From Planctomycetota bacterium (GTDB lineage Bacteria; Planctomycetota; UBA8742; UBA2392): a DNA stretch of 64,000 nucleotides. Position 1 is the first letter of the stretch; each line of letters begins with the position of its first letter. This document shows positions 19,699-29,633 of this stretch, piece by piece. The DNA is taken from positions 15,162 to 79,161 of the forward strand of contig JAJVIO010000035.1 of NCBI GenBank assembly GCA_022071975.1, in the 5' to 3' direction. Below the pieces are notes generated by a model. The model was not told the DNA's origin. It saw only the letters and a list, made by a program, of their open reading frames with translations, and did not search any database. The position numbers and the translations under genes are program-made.

Positions 19699-20370
19699 AT
19701 GACCGTCAGCCGGTATCGCATGCGCTTTGAAAAGCGCGAGGCGCTGAGGTTCATCTCGCACCACGACCTGATGCGAGTGTTTGAACTGGCGCTGAGAAGG
19801 TCCGGCCTGAGGGTCGCGCATACGCAGGGTTTCAACCCGCACCCCAAAGTCTCGTTCGCGCTGGCAATACCCCTGGGCGTTGAAAGCCTCGACGAGATCG
19901 TCGATATCGACATCGTGCACGAGGCTGAAGCACCCGCACCCGAAGCCATTGTGGCGCAGCTGGGGGCGGTGATGCCCCCGGGTCTCAGGCTGTTGTGGGC
20001 CGAGATCGCGAAGGGCCGGCCGCGGGTAGTCGCGGTCGAATACGAGTGCGAGCTTCCGCCGGACTTTGCAGAACTGACTGAGCTTCAGGCCAGGCTGGAT
20101 CGGTTCAACGAATCGGACAGCCATCCCTTCACCCGCAGTCGCGGCAAGGGAAAGACGCCACGAAGCTTTGACGCGCGCGCTTTCACGCAAAGCGCAAGGC
20201 TGGAGGGCAGGACGCTCAAGATGCGCCTGGCCATCGGCCAGGAGGGCGGCATGAAGCCCTCCGACCTGCTGCAGATTCTGCAACTCGATCCCAACCGGCA
20301 CCTGGTCACCAAGACCAGGACCATCCTTGCCGAGCTTCCGGAAATACAGGACGACCCGTCGTCCGAGTGA
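19699..20370 (+). CDS. TIGR03936/DUF2344 radical SAM-linked protein
   Basis: RFISHHDLMR, TQGFNPHPKVSFALAIPLGVES; usual position upstream of rne/rng. Confidence 0.9.
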   Translation: MTVSRYRMRFEKREALRFISHHDLMRVFELALRRSGLRVAHTQGFNPHPKVSFALAIPLGVESLDEIVDIDIVHEAEAPAPEAIVAQLGAVMPPGLRLLWAEIAKGRPRVVAVEYECELPPDFAELTELQARLDRFNESDSHPFTRSRGKGKTPRSFDARAFTQSARLEGRTLKMRLAIGQEGGMKPSDLLQILQLDPNRHLVTKTRTILAELPEIQDDPSSE

Positions 20371-20380
20371 ATGGAAGAAC

Positions 20381-23300
20381 ATGGCACGCAAGATTTACAT
20401 GAACGTCGCCGAGGGCGACGAATGCCGCATCGCAGTGCTTGAAGACGGCCGGCTGTACGAGTTTTTCATCGACCGCCCCAGCCAGCTCAAGCACGTCGGC
20501 AACATCTACAAGGGAATCGTCAATAACGTCGAGCCCGGGATCCAGGCGGCCTTTGTAGACATCGGCCTGGAGCGCAACGGCTTTCTGCACGTGAGCGACG
20601 TGAGCTACAGCTACCAGGGCAACAACGACATCCGCGAACTGTTCCCGCGCACCCTGCGCATCAAGGAGCCGCTGCCCGAGGAAACCCTGCTCAGCACCGA
20701 GGACGAACGCGACGTCGAGCAGGTTGAAGAGTACGTTGGTGACGGCACCACCGCTCACGAAGCACGCAGCGGCGCGGTCGAGGCCGAGTTCCTGGAAAAG
20801 CTGGAAGAAGAGCACCCGGGGCACCAGGTCACCGATTCACCGCTCACCATCGAGCCGCCCGAGAGAGAAGCACCCCAGGCCCTGACCCCGCCCGCGCCGG
20901 GCGAAGCAACCGCGGCGGCCCCGGCGATTGAGCCCGCCCCAGCCGCACCCGCGCCGACGACATCTGCCCCCGCCGCACCTGCAGCCTCTCCGGCTCAACC
21001 GGGCGCGCAGCCGCCGACCGGCGACAAGAAGCGCCGCCGCCGGCGCCGCAAAAAGAAGAACGGCGGCAACGCCCAACTGGGTACGCCGTCAACGCCAGGC
21101 GCGCAGCCTGCGACACCGGCAGAGCCGCAGCCTGCCCCGACCCAACCCGCGACGCCGACATCGGCCGAGGTCGCATCGCAGCCGGCCGAGCCCGCTGCTT
21201 CCGTCGCAACGGAAAGGCCGACTGAGGCTGGTACAGCCACACCGGAAGCGCCTGCGGCAATGGCGGAAAGCAAACCAACCGAAGCTGCACGCAAGCGGCG
21301 CCGCCGCACGCCCAAGCGCCGCGGAGGCAGACTGCCCAAACGCGTTGCGGATGAGCTGGGCGGCAACTCAAGCCCGTCCGAAGCCCCCGCTCCGTCGCCT
21401 GAAAAGCCGAAAGACATCGACGGCCAGGGCTCCGGCGGCGAAGGCCCACTGCCCGGTCCCATGTACCGCTACCACCGCCCCCCGCTGCCCAAGCTGCAGA
21501 ACCTGCTTCGCCGCAACCAGGAAGTAGTCGTGCAGGTCACCAAGGCCAGCCAGGGCGGCAAGGGCCCGGGTCTGAGCACATTCGTCAGCCTGCCCGGCCG
21601 CTACATGGTGCTGACACCCAACAGCAACCGCGGCGGCGTGAGCCGCAAGATCGAAGACGGCGGCGCGCGCAGCGACCTGCGCAAGATGCTGGACCGCCTG
21701 CCGGTGCCCGAGGGAATGGGCGTGATCGTGCGCACGGCCGCCATCAACCGCAGCTTCGAGGACCTGAACCGCGACCTCAACTACCTGCTGCGCGTCTGGA
21801 ACGTGATCAGTGAGCGCATCCACGACGCCGAGGCGCCGGCGCTGCTGTACACCGACAGCGACCCCGCCATCCGCGCGGTGCGCGACTACTTCACGGCCGA
21901 CACAAGCGAGATCGTGATCGACGACAAGACGGTGTTCGATCGCGTGGTGGCTTTCTTCGACCAGCTGATGCCCAGCTTCCGCGACCGCGTGAAGCTGTAT
22001 GAATCCGACGTGCCGCTGTTCTTCAGCATCGGCCTGGAAAGCCAGCTCGACCACATCTTCGACAAGAAGGTGAATCTCAAGTCGGGCGGCTACCTGTACG
22101 TCGAGCAGACCGAGGCGCTGATCAGCATCGACGTGAACTCCGGCAAGTTCACCTCGGCCGGCGACGCCGAGAAGACCGCGTACCAGACCAACATGGAGGC
22201 GATCCCCGAGATCTGCCGCCAGCTGCGCCTGCGCGACCTGGGCGGCATCGTGTGCTGCGACCTGATCGACATGGCCAGCGCCAAGCACCGCAGCGACGTC
22301 GAGCACGCCCTGCGCCGCGAACTGCGCAAGGACCGCGCCCGCACCAAGGTGGCGAAGATGAGCCCCTTCGGCGTCATCGAAATGACGCGCCAACGGGTGC
22401 GCCCCAGTATCAAGAACTACACCTACGTCGGCTGCCCCACCTGCGGCGGCTTCGGCATGGTGCGCAGCGCCGAGACCATGTGCCTGTCACTGCTGCGCCG
22501 CATGAAGCTGGCCCTGCTTGAGGAACGGGTGGTCGAGCTGGCCGTGCAGGTTCACCCCCACGTGCTGTCGCACCTGCACAGCGAGTTCCGCGACGACATC
22601 AACGAGCTCGAGGACACGTTTGAGAAGCGCATCGTGTTCGAGTACGCGAAAGACCTGATCCTGGGCCAATCCCGCTTCTTCTACGTGAACGACCGCGGCG
22701 TGCGCGTGCTGTACGACATGGATCAGCGCATCAACAGCTTCGCCCAGGGCGGCCCCAAGGCCAAGACCAACGTGCCATTGCCGCCCACGCCCTCCGGCGC
22801 CGCAAGCCCGGCCACGACACAGGCACAGGGCGAAAGCAGAGGCCGCCGTCGCCGTCGCGGCGGTCGCCGCCAGCGCGAACGTGAGCTGGAGCGCCAGGCG
22901 CGCGATCAGCGCATCAAGCAGGACGCCGGCAAGGCTGTCAGCTTCGGCGACCAGTTGCCCGAAGTGAAGATGGAGGTCGTGAAGGAAGCGCCCAGGGCCC
23001 CTGCGCCCGCCAAGCCGGGCGAGCCGGCCCAGGCAGGCGAAGGCAAGCGTCGTCGCGGTCGTCGCGGCGGACGCAAAGCCCGCGAGCGCGAAGCGGCTCG
23101 TACCGGACGGCCCGAGGCCGAAGCAGGCCGGAAGTCCGAGCCGAATGTGGTCGAGAAGCCGCAGCCCGCACAGGCAACAGCGCCTGCAGCCGCCGAGACT
23201 CCCAAGCCGACAGAGCCCGCAAAGGCCAAGCCCCGCAGGGCCCCGGCACGCAAGCCGGCAAAGGCAGCCACAAAGGAATCGGCAGCAAAACCGGCCAGGA

Positions 23301-23503
23301 GCACCGGGCGTAGACGCACCGAGGCCTCGGCCAAGGCGGGGGAGTCACCCAGGTCCACCACGAAAACGAACGTGGCGAAAAGCCCGGCAAAGAAGGCGGC
23401 TACCAAAAAAGCGGCAGCTCCGAAGAAGACGCCTGCAAAGAAGACGGCCTCTGCAAAAGCCACAACCAGGAAAACTCCGGCGAAGAAGAAACCCGCCAAG
23501 TGA
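20381..23503 (+). CDS. rne: Rne/Rng-family ribonuclease with large disordered insertion and basic tail
   Basis: GNIYKG, AAFVDIG, LPGRYMV, IDVNSG, RLRDLGG, EMTRQR and CPTCGG Zn-link. Confidence 0.93.
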   Translation: MARKIYMNVAEGDECRIAVLEDGRLYEFFIDRPSQLKHVGNIYKGIVNNVEPGIQAAFVDIGLERNGFLHVSDVSYSYQGNNDIRELFPRTLRIKEPLPEETLLSTEDERDVEQVEEYVGDGTTAHEARSGAVEAEFLEKLEEEHPGHQVTDSPLTIEPPEREAPQALTPPAPGEATAAAPAIEPAPAAPAPTTSAPAAPAASPAQPGAQPPTGDKKRRRRRRKKKNGGNAQLGTPSTPGAQPATPAEPQPAPTQPATPTSAEVASQPAEPAASVATERPTEAGTATPEAPAAMAESKPTEAARKRRRRTPKRRGGRLPKRVADELGGNSSPSEAPAPSPEKPKDIDGQGSGGEGPLPGPMYRYHRPPLPKLQNLLRRNQEVVVQVTKASQGGKGPGLSTFVSLPGRYMVLTPNSNRGGVSRKIEDGGARSDLRKMLDRLPVPEGMGVIVRTAAINRSFEDLNRDLNYLLRVWNVISERIHDAEAPALLYTDSDPAIRAVRDYFTADTSEIVIDDKTVFDRVVAFFDQLMPSFRDRVKLYESDVPLFFSIGLESQLDHIFDKKVNLKSGGYLYVEQTEALISIDVNSGKFTSAGDAEKTAYQTNMEAIPEICRQLRLRDLGGIVCCDLIDMASAKHRSDVEHALRRELRKDRARTKVAKMSPFGVIEMTRQRVRPSIKNYTYVGCPTCGGFGMVRSAETMCLSLLRRMKLALLEERVVELAVQVHPHVLSHLHSEFRDDINELEDTFEKRIVFEYAKDLILGQSRFFYVNDRGVRVLYDMDQRINSFAQGGPKAKTNVPLPPTPSGAASPATTQAQGESRGRRRRRGGRRQRERELERQARDQRIKQDAGKAVSFGDQLPEVKMEVVKEAPRAPAPAKPGEPAQAGEGKRRRGRRGGRKAREREAARTGRPEAEAGRKSEPNVVEKPQPAQATAPAAAETPKPTEPAKAKPRRAPARKPAKAATKESAAKPARSTGRRRTEASAKAGESPRSTTKTNVAKSPAKKAATKKAAAPKKTPAKKTASAKATTRKTPAKKKPAK

Positions 23504-23564
23504 CATCAAAATCCCGTCAAGGTTCATCGAGCGTCTCGCCCGGTGAACCTTGACGGCCGTGTCA

Positions 23565-25052
23565 CTATGTCCAGGCCCGCACCAGGCGGTGGGCGGCTTC
23601 TTTCACTTTCTCGATCGGCAGGGCCGTGAAGCCTATAGTGAGCCGGTTGGGCGCCTGCTCCTGCTCGAAGTAGCAGGCGCTCTGGTCGTAGACCCTGACG
23701 CCCGCCTCCATCGCCTTCTGGTACGCATCTTGACGTGTCAAGTGCGACGGCACGTTCAGCATCATTTTCATGCCGCCCGCGGGCACCGGCTGCGGTAGCG
23801 CCGCCGGCAGGTTCTGCTGCAGGATGTCGTTGAAAGCAGCGCGCTTCTCAGCGTACAGGGTGCGCATGCGGCGCAGGTGTCGCTCGAAGTGCCCCTCCTC
23901 GATGAACTGGGCCAGCGCCGCGCTTTCCAGCATGGGCGGCATGAAGTCGATGTGCCAGCGCAGGCCCACCATCGCCTCGATCAGCCACTCCGGCGCCACC
24001 ACGTAACCCACCCGCAGGCTCGGGTACATCACCTTGCTGAAGCTGCCCACGTAGATCACCGAGTCCGCCCCGTCGATCCCCGCCAGCGCGCGCACCGGCC
24101 GACCCTCGTAACGGAACTCGGAGTCGTAGTCATCCTCCACGATCATGAAGCCGTGCTCGGCCGCGAGCTCCAGCATCTCCATGCGGCGCGCGGCGGAAAG
24201 CGTTACGCCGGTCGGGTACTGGTGGCTTGGGGTCAGGTGCAGCAGCTTGGGCTGCAGTCCCTCGGCCAGATTGCGCGCGACAACGGCGGCGTCAGCCCCC
24301 GCGTCGTCCACCGGGATCGGCAGCTGCCGCGCGCCCAGCGCGCTGAAGATGCTGCGCGCGCCCAGGTAGCCCGGGTCCTCCACCATCACGGCGTCGCCCT
24401 CGCCCACCAGCAGCGACGCGGCCAGCCACAGGCCCTGCTGGCTGCCGCTGGTGACCAGCACATTGCGATAGCCGCAGTCAATGCCGCGCGCGCGCCCCAG
24501 GTAGGCGGCAATCTGTTCGCGCAGTTCCTGCAGGCCGTAGGCGCTGCCGTAGTTCATGCGGTCGCGGCGGGCTACCAGCAGTTGATTGCCCACGATGCGC
24601 CGCCACTGGCGAAGCGGGAACGCGCTGATGTCAGGCGCACCCAGCCGCATGTCGATGTCCACGCCCGGCACGGGTGCCGGGTTCTCGGCCTGCAGCACGC
24701 GGTGGTAGAAGGCCGGCGGCACCGGCGAGTTGGCCAGGGCCACGCGCCGGAGCTTCTGCTGTGTACGCAGGCCCGACTTCACGTTGAAGTTGGCCTGGGG
24801 CAGCTCGCGCGCGACATAGGTGCCGCTGCCGTGTTTGCCTTCCAGGAAGCCCTCGGCCACCAGTTGCTCGTAGGCCTGGGCCACGGTGTTGCGGTTGACG
24901 TCCAGCTCTTTGGCCAGCGTGCGCGTTGAGGGCACGCGTTCGCCCCGGCGCAGGCGCCCCGCAAGTACGTCGGCGCGGATCGAATCCGCAATTCGCTGGT
25001 ACAACGGCGCTTCGTTCTGCGGTGTTTCGAGATCAACCAGCAGGTCCGGCAT
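23565..25052 (-). CDS. MocR/GabR-type GntR regulator with PLP aminotransferase domain
   Basis: PLYQRI...PSTRTLA...RNTV wHTH; TPSHQYPTG, EDDYDSEF and GSFSK motifs. Confidence 0.93.
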   Translation of the reverse strand: MPDLLVDLETPQNEAPLYQRIADSIRADVLAGRLRRGERVPSTRTLAKELDVNRNTVAQAYEQLVAEGFLEGKHGSGTYVARELPQANFNVKSGLRTQQKLRRVALANSPVPPAFYHRVLQAENPAPVPGVDIDMRLGAPDISAFPLRQWRRIVGNQLLVARRDRMNYGSAYGLQELREQIAAYLGRARGIDCGYRNVLVTSGSQQGLWLAASLLVGEGDAVMVEDPGYLGARSIFSALGARQLPIPVDDAGADAAVVARNLAEGLQPKLLHLTPSHQYPTGVTLSAARRMEMLELAAEHGFMIVEDDYDSEFRYEGRPVRALAGIDGADSVIYVGSFSKVMYPSLRVGYVVAPEWLIEAMVGLRWHIDFMPPMLESAALAQFIEEGHFERHLRRMRTLYAEKRAAFNDILQQNLPAALPQPVPAGGMKMMLNVPSHLTRQDAYQKAMEAGVRVYDQSACYFEQEQAPNRLTIGFTALPIEKVKEAAHRLVRAWT

Positions 25053-25282
25053 GGGCAGGTCCCAGGTACAAAGTGCCGAGTCCGGCCGTCAAAAACACGG
25101 CGGCCGGGCTGTTCGACGTTCCAAGAAAGTGTCTGCTGTCAATTTGAACGGACAGGCAGGCCAAAAGGCCCAGTCAATCGTGCCCGTTTTGCACACACTG
25201 CCATGCCACTTGGGGATCAAGCCTTGGGCTGGCCCTCCGAAAGCGGTATCCTGCTGAATTCAGGAACAACTAAGGAGAAGCC

Positions 25283-25912
25283 ATGGGCGACCCGAAGAAG
25301 GGCAAGAAAGGCAGCAAAGTCGGTGGACTTGTGCTGGTGCTGCTGTTGGCGGTGATCGGCGTCGGCGCGGTCGGCTGGTTTTTCCCCGACACCCCGGTGA
25401 TCGGCGACCTGGTGCACGGATTCTTCAGCGCGGGCGCCAAGGGCGTGGACAAGAGCGGCGTGTACACCGTCAAGATCACCAGCGTCAGCGTGGACAAAGA
25501 CGAGTTCGATGAAGGCGAAAAGGTGGACCTGCAGGTGCTGATCAAACGGGTCAACAAAGACGGCAAAGAAGAGACCCTGTGGGACAGCCGCGAATACGGC
25601 GAGCGCCTGGCCACCGTAGGCAAAGATCCGCTCACGGCCTCGTGGTCGGACCGTCCCTTCGAAGTCACCTGGCAACAGGGCGAGCAGGTCGTGCTGGAGG
25701 TGTGGGACCGCCGGGGCATGAGCGACACGCGCATCGCCTGGCTGAAGTCCGCGCCGGACGGCAAAGAGTTCCCGCTCACGGGCACGCAGTCGCTTACGCT
25801 GCTCAAGAACGGCGACACCCCGATCGCGGAACGCCGGGGCGCCACCAACCAGATCGTGTTCGAAACCGCGCGTAAGGGCGACATCCCGCCCGCGGACGGC
25901 GCCTCAAAGTAG
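25283..25912 (+). CDS. Membrane-anchored protein with C2-domain-like region
   Basis: TAAGGAG RBS, single TM helix, ASWSDRPFEV...LEVWDRRGMSD pattern reminiscent of C2 domains. Confidence 0.6.
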   Translation: MGDPKKGKKGSKVGGLVLVLLLAVIGVGAVGWFFPDTPVIGDLVHGFFSAGAKGVDKSGVYTVKITSVSVDKDEFDEGEKVDLQVLIKRVNKDGKEETLWDSREYGERLATVGKDPLTASWSDRPFEVTWQQGEQVVLEVWDRRGMSDTRIAWLKSAPDGKEFPLTGTQSLTLLKNGDTPIAERRGATNQIVFETARKGDIPPADGASK

Positions 25913-25991
25913 CCCGGAACCCTGAAGGTGGCGGGCGCTGGCGCGCTCGCCGCCTTTTGCTTTGATGGCCGCGGCTAACCGGAGCAACCCC

Positions 25992-26801
25992 ATGAAGCTC
26001 GGCAAGTTCAACCTGGACGGCAAGAAGCTCTTCCTGATCGCCGGCCCCTGCGTGCTCGAAAACGAGGACACGCCGCGGCGCATCGCGGCCGCCATGAAAA
26101 AGGCCTGCGCCGAGCTGGGCCTGCCATACATCTTCAAGGCCAGCTTTGACAAGGCCAACCGCACCAGCGGCAAATCGTTCCGCGGCCCCGGCATCGAGGC
26201 GGGGCTGAAGCAACTCGAGGCCATCAAGAAGGAGTTCGACGTTCCGGTACTGACCGACGTGCATTTGCCCGAGCATTGCGCACCCACAGCCGAAGTCTGC
26301 GACATCCTGCAGATCCCGGCGTTCCTGTGCCGCCAGACCGACCTGCTTGAGGCAGCAGCCCGCACCAGCGCGGTGATCAACATCAAGAAGGGCCAGTTCC
26401 TGGCGCCCTGGGATATGGCCCAGGTAGTGCAGAAAATGAACGCCTTCGGCAGCGAGGGCAAAGTGATGCTGACCGAGCGCGGCGCCAGCTTCGGCTACAA
26501 CAACCTGGTCAGTGACATGCGCAGCATCCCGATCATGAAGCGCACCGGCTGCCCGGTTGTCTTCGACGCCACCCACAGCGTGCAGCTGCCCGGCGGCTCG
26601 GGCGACAAGTCCGGCGGCCAGCGCGAGTTTGCCCCGGTGCTAGCGCGCTCGGCCGTGGCGGCCGGCGCCGACGGCATCTTCGCCGAGACGCACCCGGAGC
26701 CTGACAAGGCCCTCAGCGACGGCCCCAACATGATCCCGCTGAATGAAATGCCGGCCGTGCTGCGCACCCTGGACGCCATCCACCAGCTGGTGAATCAGTA
26801 G
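25992..26801 (+). CDS. kdsA: 3-deoxy-D-manno-octulosonate 8-phosphate synthase
   Basis: [43 protein letters not shown] and ALSDG motifs. Confidence 0.97.
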   Translation: MKLGKFNLDGKKLFLIAGPCVLENEDTPRRIAAAMKKACAELGLPYIFKASFDKANRTSGKSFRGPGIEAGLKQLEAIKKEFDVPVLTDVHLPEHCAPTAEVCDILQIPAFLCRQTDLLEAAARTSAVINIKKGQFLAPWDMAQVVQKMNAFGSEGKVMLTERGASFGYNNLVSDMRSIPIMKRTGCPVVFDATHSVQLPGGSGDKSGGQREFAPVLARSAVAAGADGIFAETHPEPDKALSDGPNMIPLNEMPAVLRTLDAIHQLVNQ

Positions 26802-26858
26802 CCGGGTAACGTTCGCCCCGGCGGCGGTCACGTGGTATGCTTTCCGGCGGAGGCAGCC

Positions 26859-27581
26859 ATGCGGATGTCGCGGATTTACCTGGTGCTTTCCATTGTCTCG
26901 ATGGTCGCGGCCGTGTTCGTCGGCGCCGCCCACAAGCAATACAAGAAGAAGAAGCGCGAAGCCCGCGAATGCCGGGTTGAGCGCCAGTACCAGTCCGCCG
27001 ACGCCAACATCCATGATCTGCAGCGCGACGCCTTCCGCATGGTGCAGACGCGCGACTACAAGGCCATGCAGGCCCGCGCCGAGCGGCTGCTGCAGCTGGA
27101 TGCAGACGATCCCCTGAACCACGAAATCAGCGCCTACGCCCTGCGCGGCCAGAAGCTGCACCGGCTGTCGGCCGAAGCTTACGAAGCGGCCATCCAGCGC
27201 GCGCTGGCGGAAGGTTCAGAGGACGGGCTGGTGCTGTGCGACTGCTACATCGGTTTGGCGGCTTGCCAGTTCGCGGCGGGCGACAGGGCCGAGGCATTGC
27301 AGAACATTGAGTTGGCGCTGGCGCTGACGGAGCAGCGCCGCCGCGCCGAGCAATCGGAAGACGCCTACTACCAGCTGGCCTGCGCCTACGCCGTGCGTTC
27401 CACCATGGTGGATGAAACCGAGCGCGCCAAGGAGCGCGGCCGAGCCATCGCCAACCTGAAGTTCGCCATCGCGGCCGGATACGACGGCTGGGACCACATG
27501 CGCAACGACCTCGACCTCGCGCCGTTGCACGGCTACGCCAGCTTCGAGGAACTGTTCCCCACCAGCCCGCTGGACGATTAA
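26859..27581 (+). CDS. Membrane-anchored TPR protein
   Basis: N-terminal TM, TPR-like helices, YYQLACAYA...AIAAGY...DLDL end motif. Confidence 0.75.
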   Translation: MRMSRIYLVLSIVSMVAAVFVGAAHKQYKKKKREARECRVERQYQSADANIHDLQRDAFRMVQTRDYKAMQARAERLLQLDADDPLNHEISAYALRGQKLHRLSAEAYEAAIQRALAEGSEDGLVLCDCYIGLAACQFAAGDRAEALQNIELALALTEQRRRAEQSEDAYYQLACAYAVRSTMVDETERAKERGRAIANLKFAIAAGYDGWDHMRNDLDLAPLHGYASFEELFPTSPLDD

Positions 27582-27585
27582 GTCT

Positions 27586-28329
27586 TCAACGAATCAGGTG
27601 CTGGGCGGGGCCTTCGTCGAACAGCTTGATCGGGTCATTGACCAGCGGCGCTACCTCGACGCGATAAGCCTCAGCGTGCAGGCAGCCGCACTTCAGGCCG
27701 AACATGGCGGTGATGCTCATGAACTGGTCGATGAAGCCGTCCTTGCTCATGCGCGTCAGCGGCTTGCCGTCTTCGACCATCACGGTCTGGAACTGGCTCT
27801 TGTAGGCCAGAATCGCCTGTTTCTTCTGTTCGATCACCCCGCTGATATCGATGTAAAAACTCGGCTCGAAGTGCTGGCTGTAACGCGCCGTCACAAGGCG
27901 CTGGATGCGGTGCGCCGGCAGCCCGGCCTCGTAGCCCTTCAGCGACGCGAAGTGCACGGCCTTGCGCGCCATGCGCGCGGCCGCCTCGTGGTCGGGGTGG
28001 TGGCACACGACATGCGGGGCGATCACCACCTTGGGCTGCAGCCTGCGGATGATGCCGACCACCGTGCGCACGCTGTCGGCGTCGTCGTCCAGGAAGCCGT
28101 CGCGCATGCCCGCGAACTCGATGGCCGCGCAGCCCATAATCTTCGCGGCTTCGCGGGCTTCCTGCTCGCGCTGCTCGGGCGTGCCGTGGGTACCCATTTC
28201 GCCGCGGGTCAGCAGCAGCAGGCCGGTGCGGTAGCCCTGTTTGGCGGCCAGACACAGCCAGCCGCCGGAGGTCATCTCGGCGTCGTCGGGGTGGGCGCCA
28301 ATGGCAAGCAGGTCAAGTGGTTCCGTCAT
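27586..28329 (-). CDS. bshB1: PIG-L family deacetylase, BshB1-like
   Basis: AHPDDAE, LTRGEMGTHG, HPDH and AYKSQF motifs. Confidence 0.8.
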   Translation of the reverse strand: MTEPLDLLAIGAHPDDAEMTSGGWLCLAAKQGYRTGLLLLTRGEMGTHGTPEQREQEAREAAKIMGCAAIEFAGMRDGFLDDDADSVRTVVGIIRRLQPKVVIAPHVVCHHPDHEAAARMARKAVHFASLKGYEAGLPAHRIQRLVTARYSQHFEPSFYIDISGVIEQKKQAILAYKSQFQTVMVEDGKPLTRMSKDGFIDQFMSITAMFGLKCGCLHAEAYRVEVAPLVNDPIKLFDEGPAQHLIR

Positions 28330-28390
28330 GGCTGCATTTCCGTCAGTTCGTTCCATGTATAACGATCGGCGCGCCGCTTGTCATTCTCGC

Positions 28391-29239
28391 TTACCAGGCC
28401 AGCACTGGCGCAAGCCGCCGCAGCGCCCCCGGTATGCGCGAGCCGAACCAGCACAGGTCCTGCCCGTCGCAAAGGCGCAGGCGGTTTTCCTTCACGGCCG
28501 GAAGCTGCTCGAAGTTCTCGCGCCAGAACTGCAGGTCGGCTTCGGTGAAATGGTAGGGCTCATCGGGGAACAGCAGGATGTCCGGCTTGAGGGCCGCGAT
28601 ATCAACGGGGTCCATGGCAAAGTAGCGCTCGGTGGCCTGCTCCAGCACGTGGTCGCCTCCCAGGCTTCTGATCATGTCGCCGATGTAGGTGTCGAGGCCC
28701 GCCACCATCCAGGGGTCGTGCCAGACGAACGCGACCACGCGCGGGTGCACGTGGTCACGGGGCTTGACGCGTAAAGAGTTATGCTCTTCCAGCTGGCGCA
28801 GGCGCTCCTGTGCGGCCACGATCTCGCGAGCGCCTTCCCGCACAATTGCATCGGCAAGCTCTTCGGCCTGGAACAGCCGCCCGCAGGTGGAGACATAGGC
28901 CAGGCCTTCCTCGACGGTGGTTGGGTGCCCCACGTGCACCGCCAGGCCCGCCGCGCGCAGGGCCTCGATGTCGGCGCGCCGGTTCTCCTCTTTGTTGGCG
29001 AGCACGAGTTGAGGCTGCAGCGCGATGATCTTCTCGACATCCGGGTCTTTGGTGCCGCCGACTTTCTCGATGGCGCGCACTTCGGGGTCCGGGCTGACGC
29101 AGTAGCGCGTGCGCCCCACCAGCGTGCCGCCCCTGCCCAGGGCGAACAAAGTTTCCGTCACGCTGGGCACCAGGCTGACCACGCGGTTCAGCGGCTGCGG
29201 CACGTCAATCTCGGTGAAGGTCAGGTCGGTGATCTTCAT
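28391..29239 (-). CDS. Helical-backbone metal receptor (BtuF-like)
   Basis: RVVSLVPSVTETL, VGGTKDP, NKEEN, LLFPDEPY and WFGSR motifs. Confidence 0.88.
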   Translation of the reverse strand: MKITDLTFTEIDVPQPLNRVVSLVPSVTETLFALGRGGTLVGRTRYCVSPDPEVRAIEKVGGTKDPDVEKIIALQPQLVLANKEENRRADIEALRAAGLAVHVGHPTTVEEGLAYVSTCGRLFQAEELADAIVREGAREIVAAQERLRQLEEHNSLRVKPRDHVHPRVVAFVWHDPWMVAGLDTYIGDMIRSLGGDHVLEQATERYFAMDPVDIAALKPDILLFPDEPYHFTEADLQFWRENFEQLPAVKENRLRLCDGQDLCWFGSRIPGALRRLAPVLAW

Positions 29240-29269
29240 GCCTCAAGCCTGCCCGCTTGTTCGCGCCGG

Positions 29270-29557
29270 TCAAGGGGCGTCGCTTGCGTTCTCGAGCAGG
29301 TACTGTTCGACATAGGGCCGGTCCTCGCGTTTCAGCCCCGCGCGCGGGGCATAGCGCTTGAGCGCACGGGAAAGCGCGCGCTGGCTGAACTCGCGCGGGT
29401 TGTACAGCTCATGGCAGGTTGCGCACTTGCGCTCGTACATCACCTGGCCGTAACCGACCGGGTCCACGGCAGGGTCGGGGGCCGCGGGCAGGCTTTCGCA
29501 AGCGGCCAGGAAGCTGAGCAGTGCGACAAGACCGAGGATTGCAGTCAGGGTGCGCAT
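29270..29557 (-). CDS. Small monoheme cytochrome c lipoprotein
   Basis: Lipobox LAAC; heme-binding CATCH. Confidence 0.8.
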   Translation of the reverse strand: MRTLTAILGLVALLSFLAACESLPAAPDPAVDPVGYGQVMYERKCATCHELYNPREFSQRALSRALKRYAPRAGLKREDRPYVEQYLLENASDAP

Positions 29558-29633
29558 GTTTGAACCTCAGTGCCGTGGGGCGGGAGAGCGCCGCCCCACG
29601 GCTTTGGGTTGCCACGGAGAGAGCAGTCCGCGG

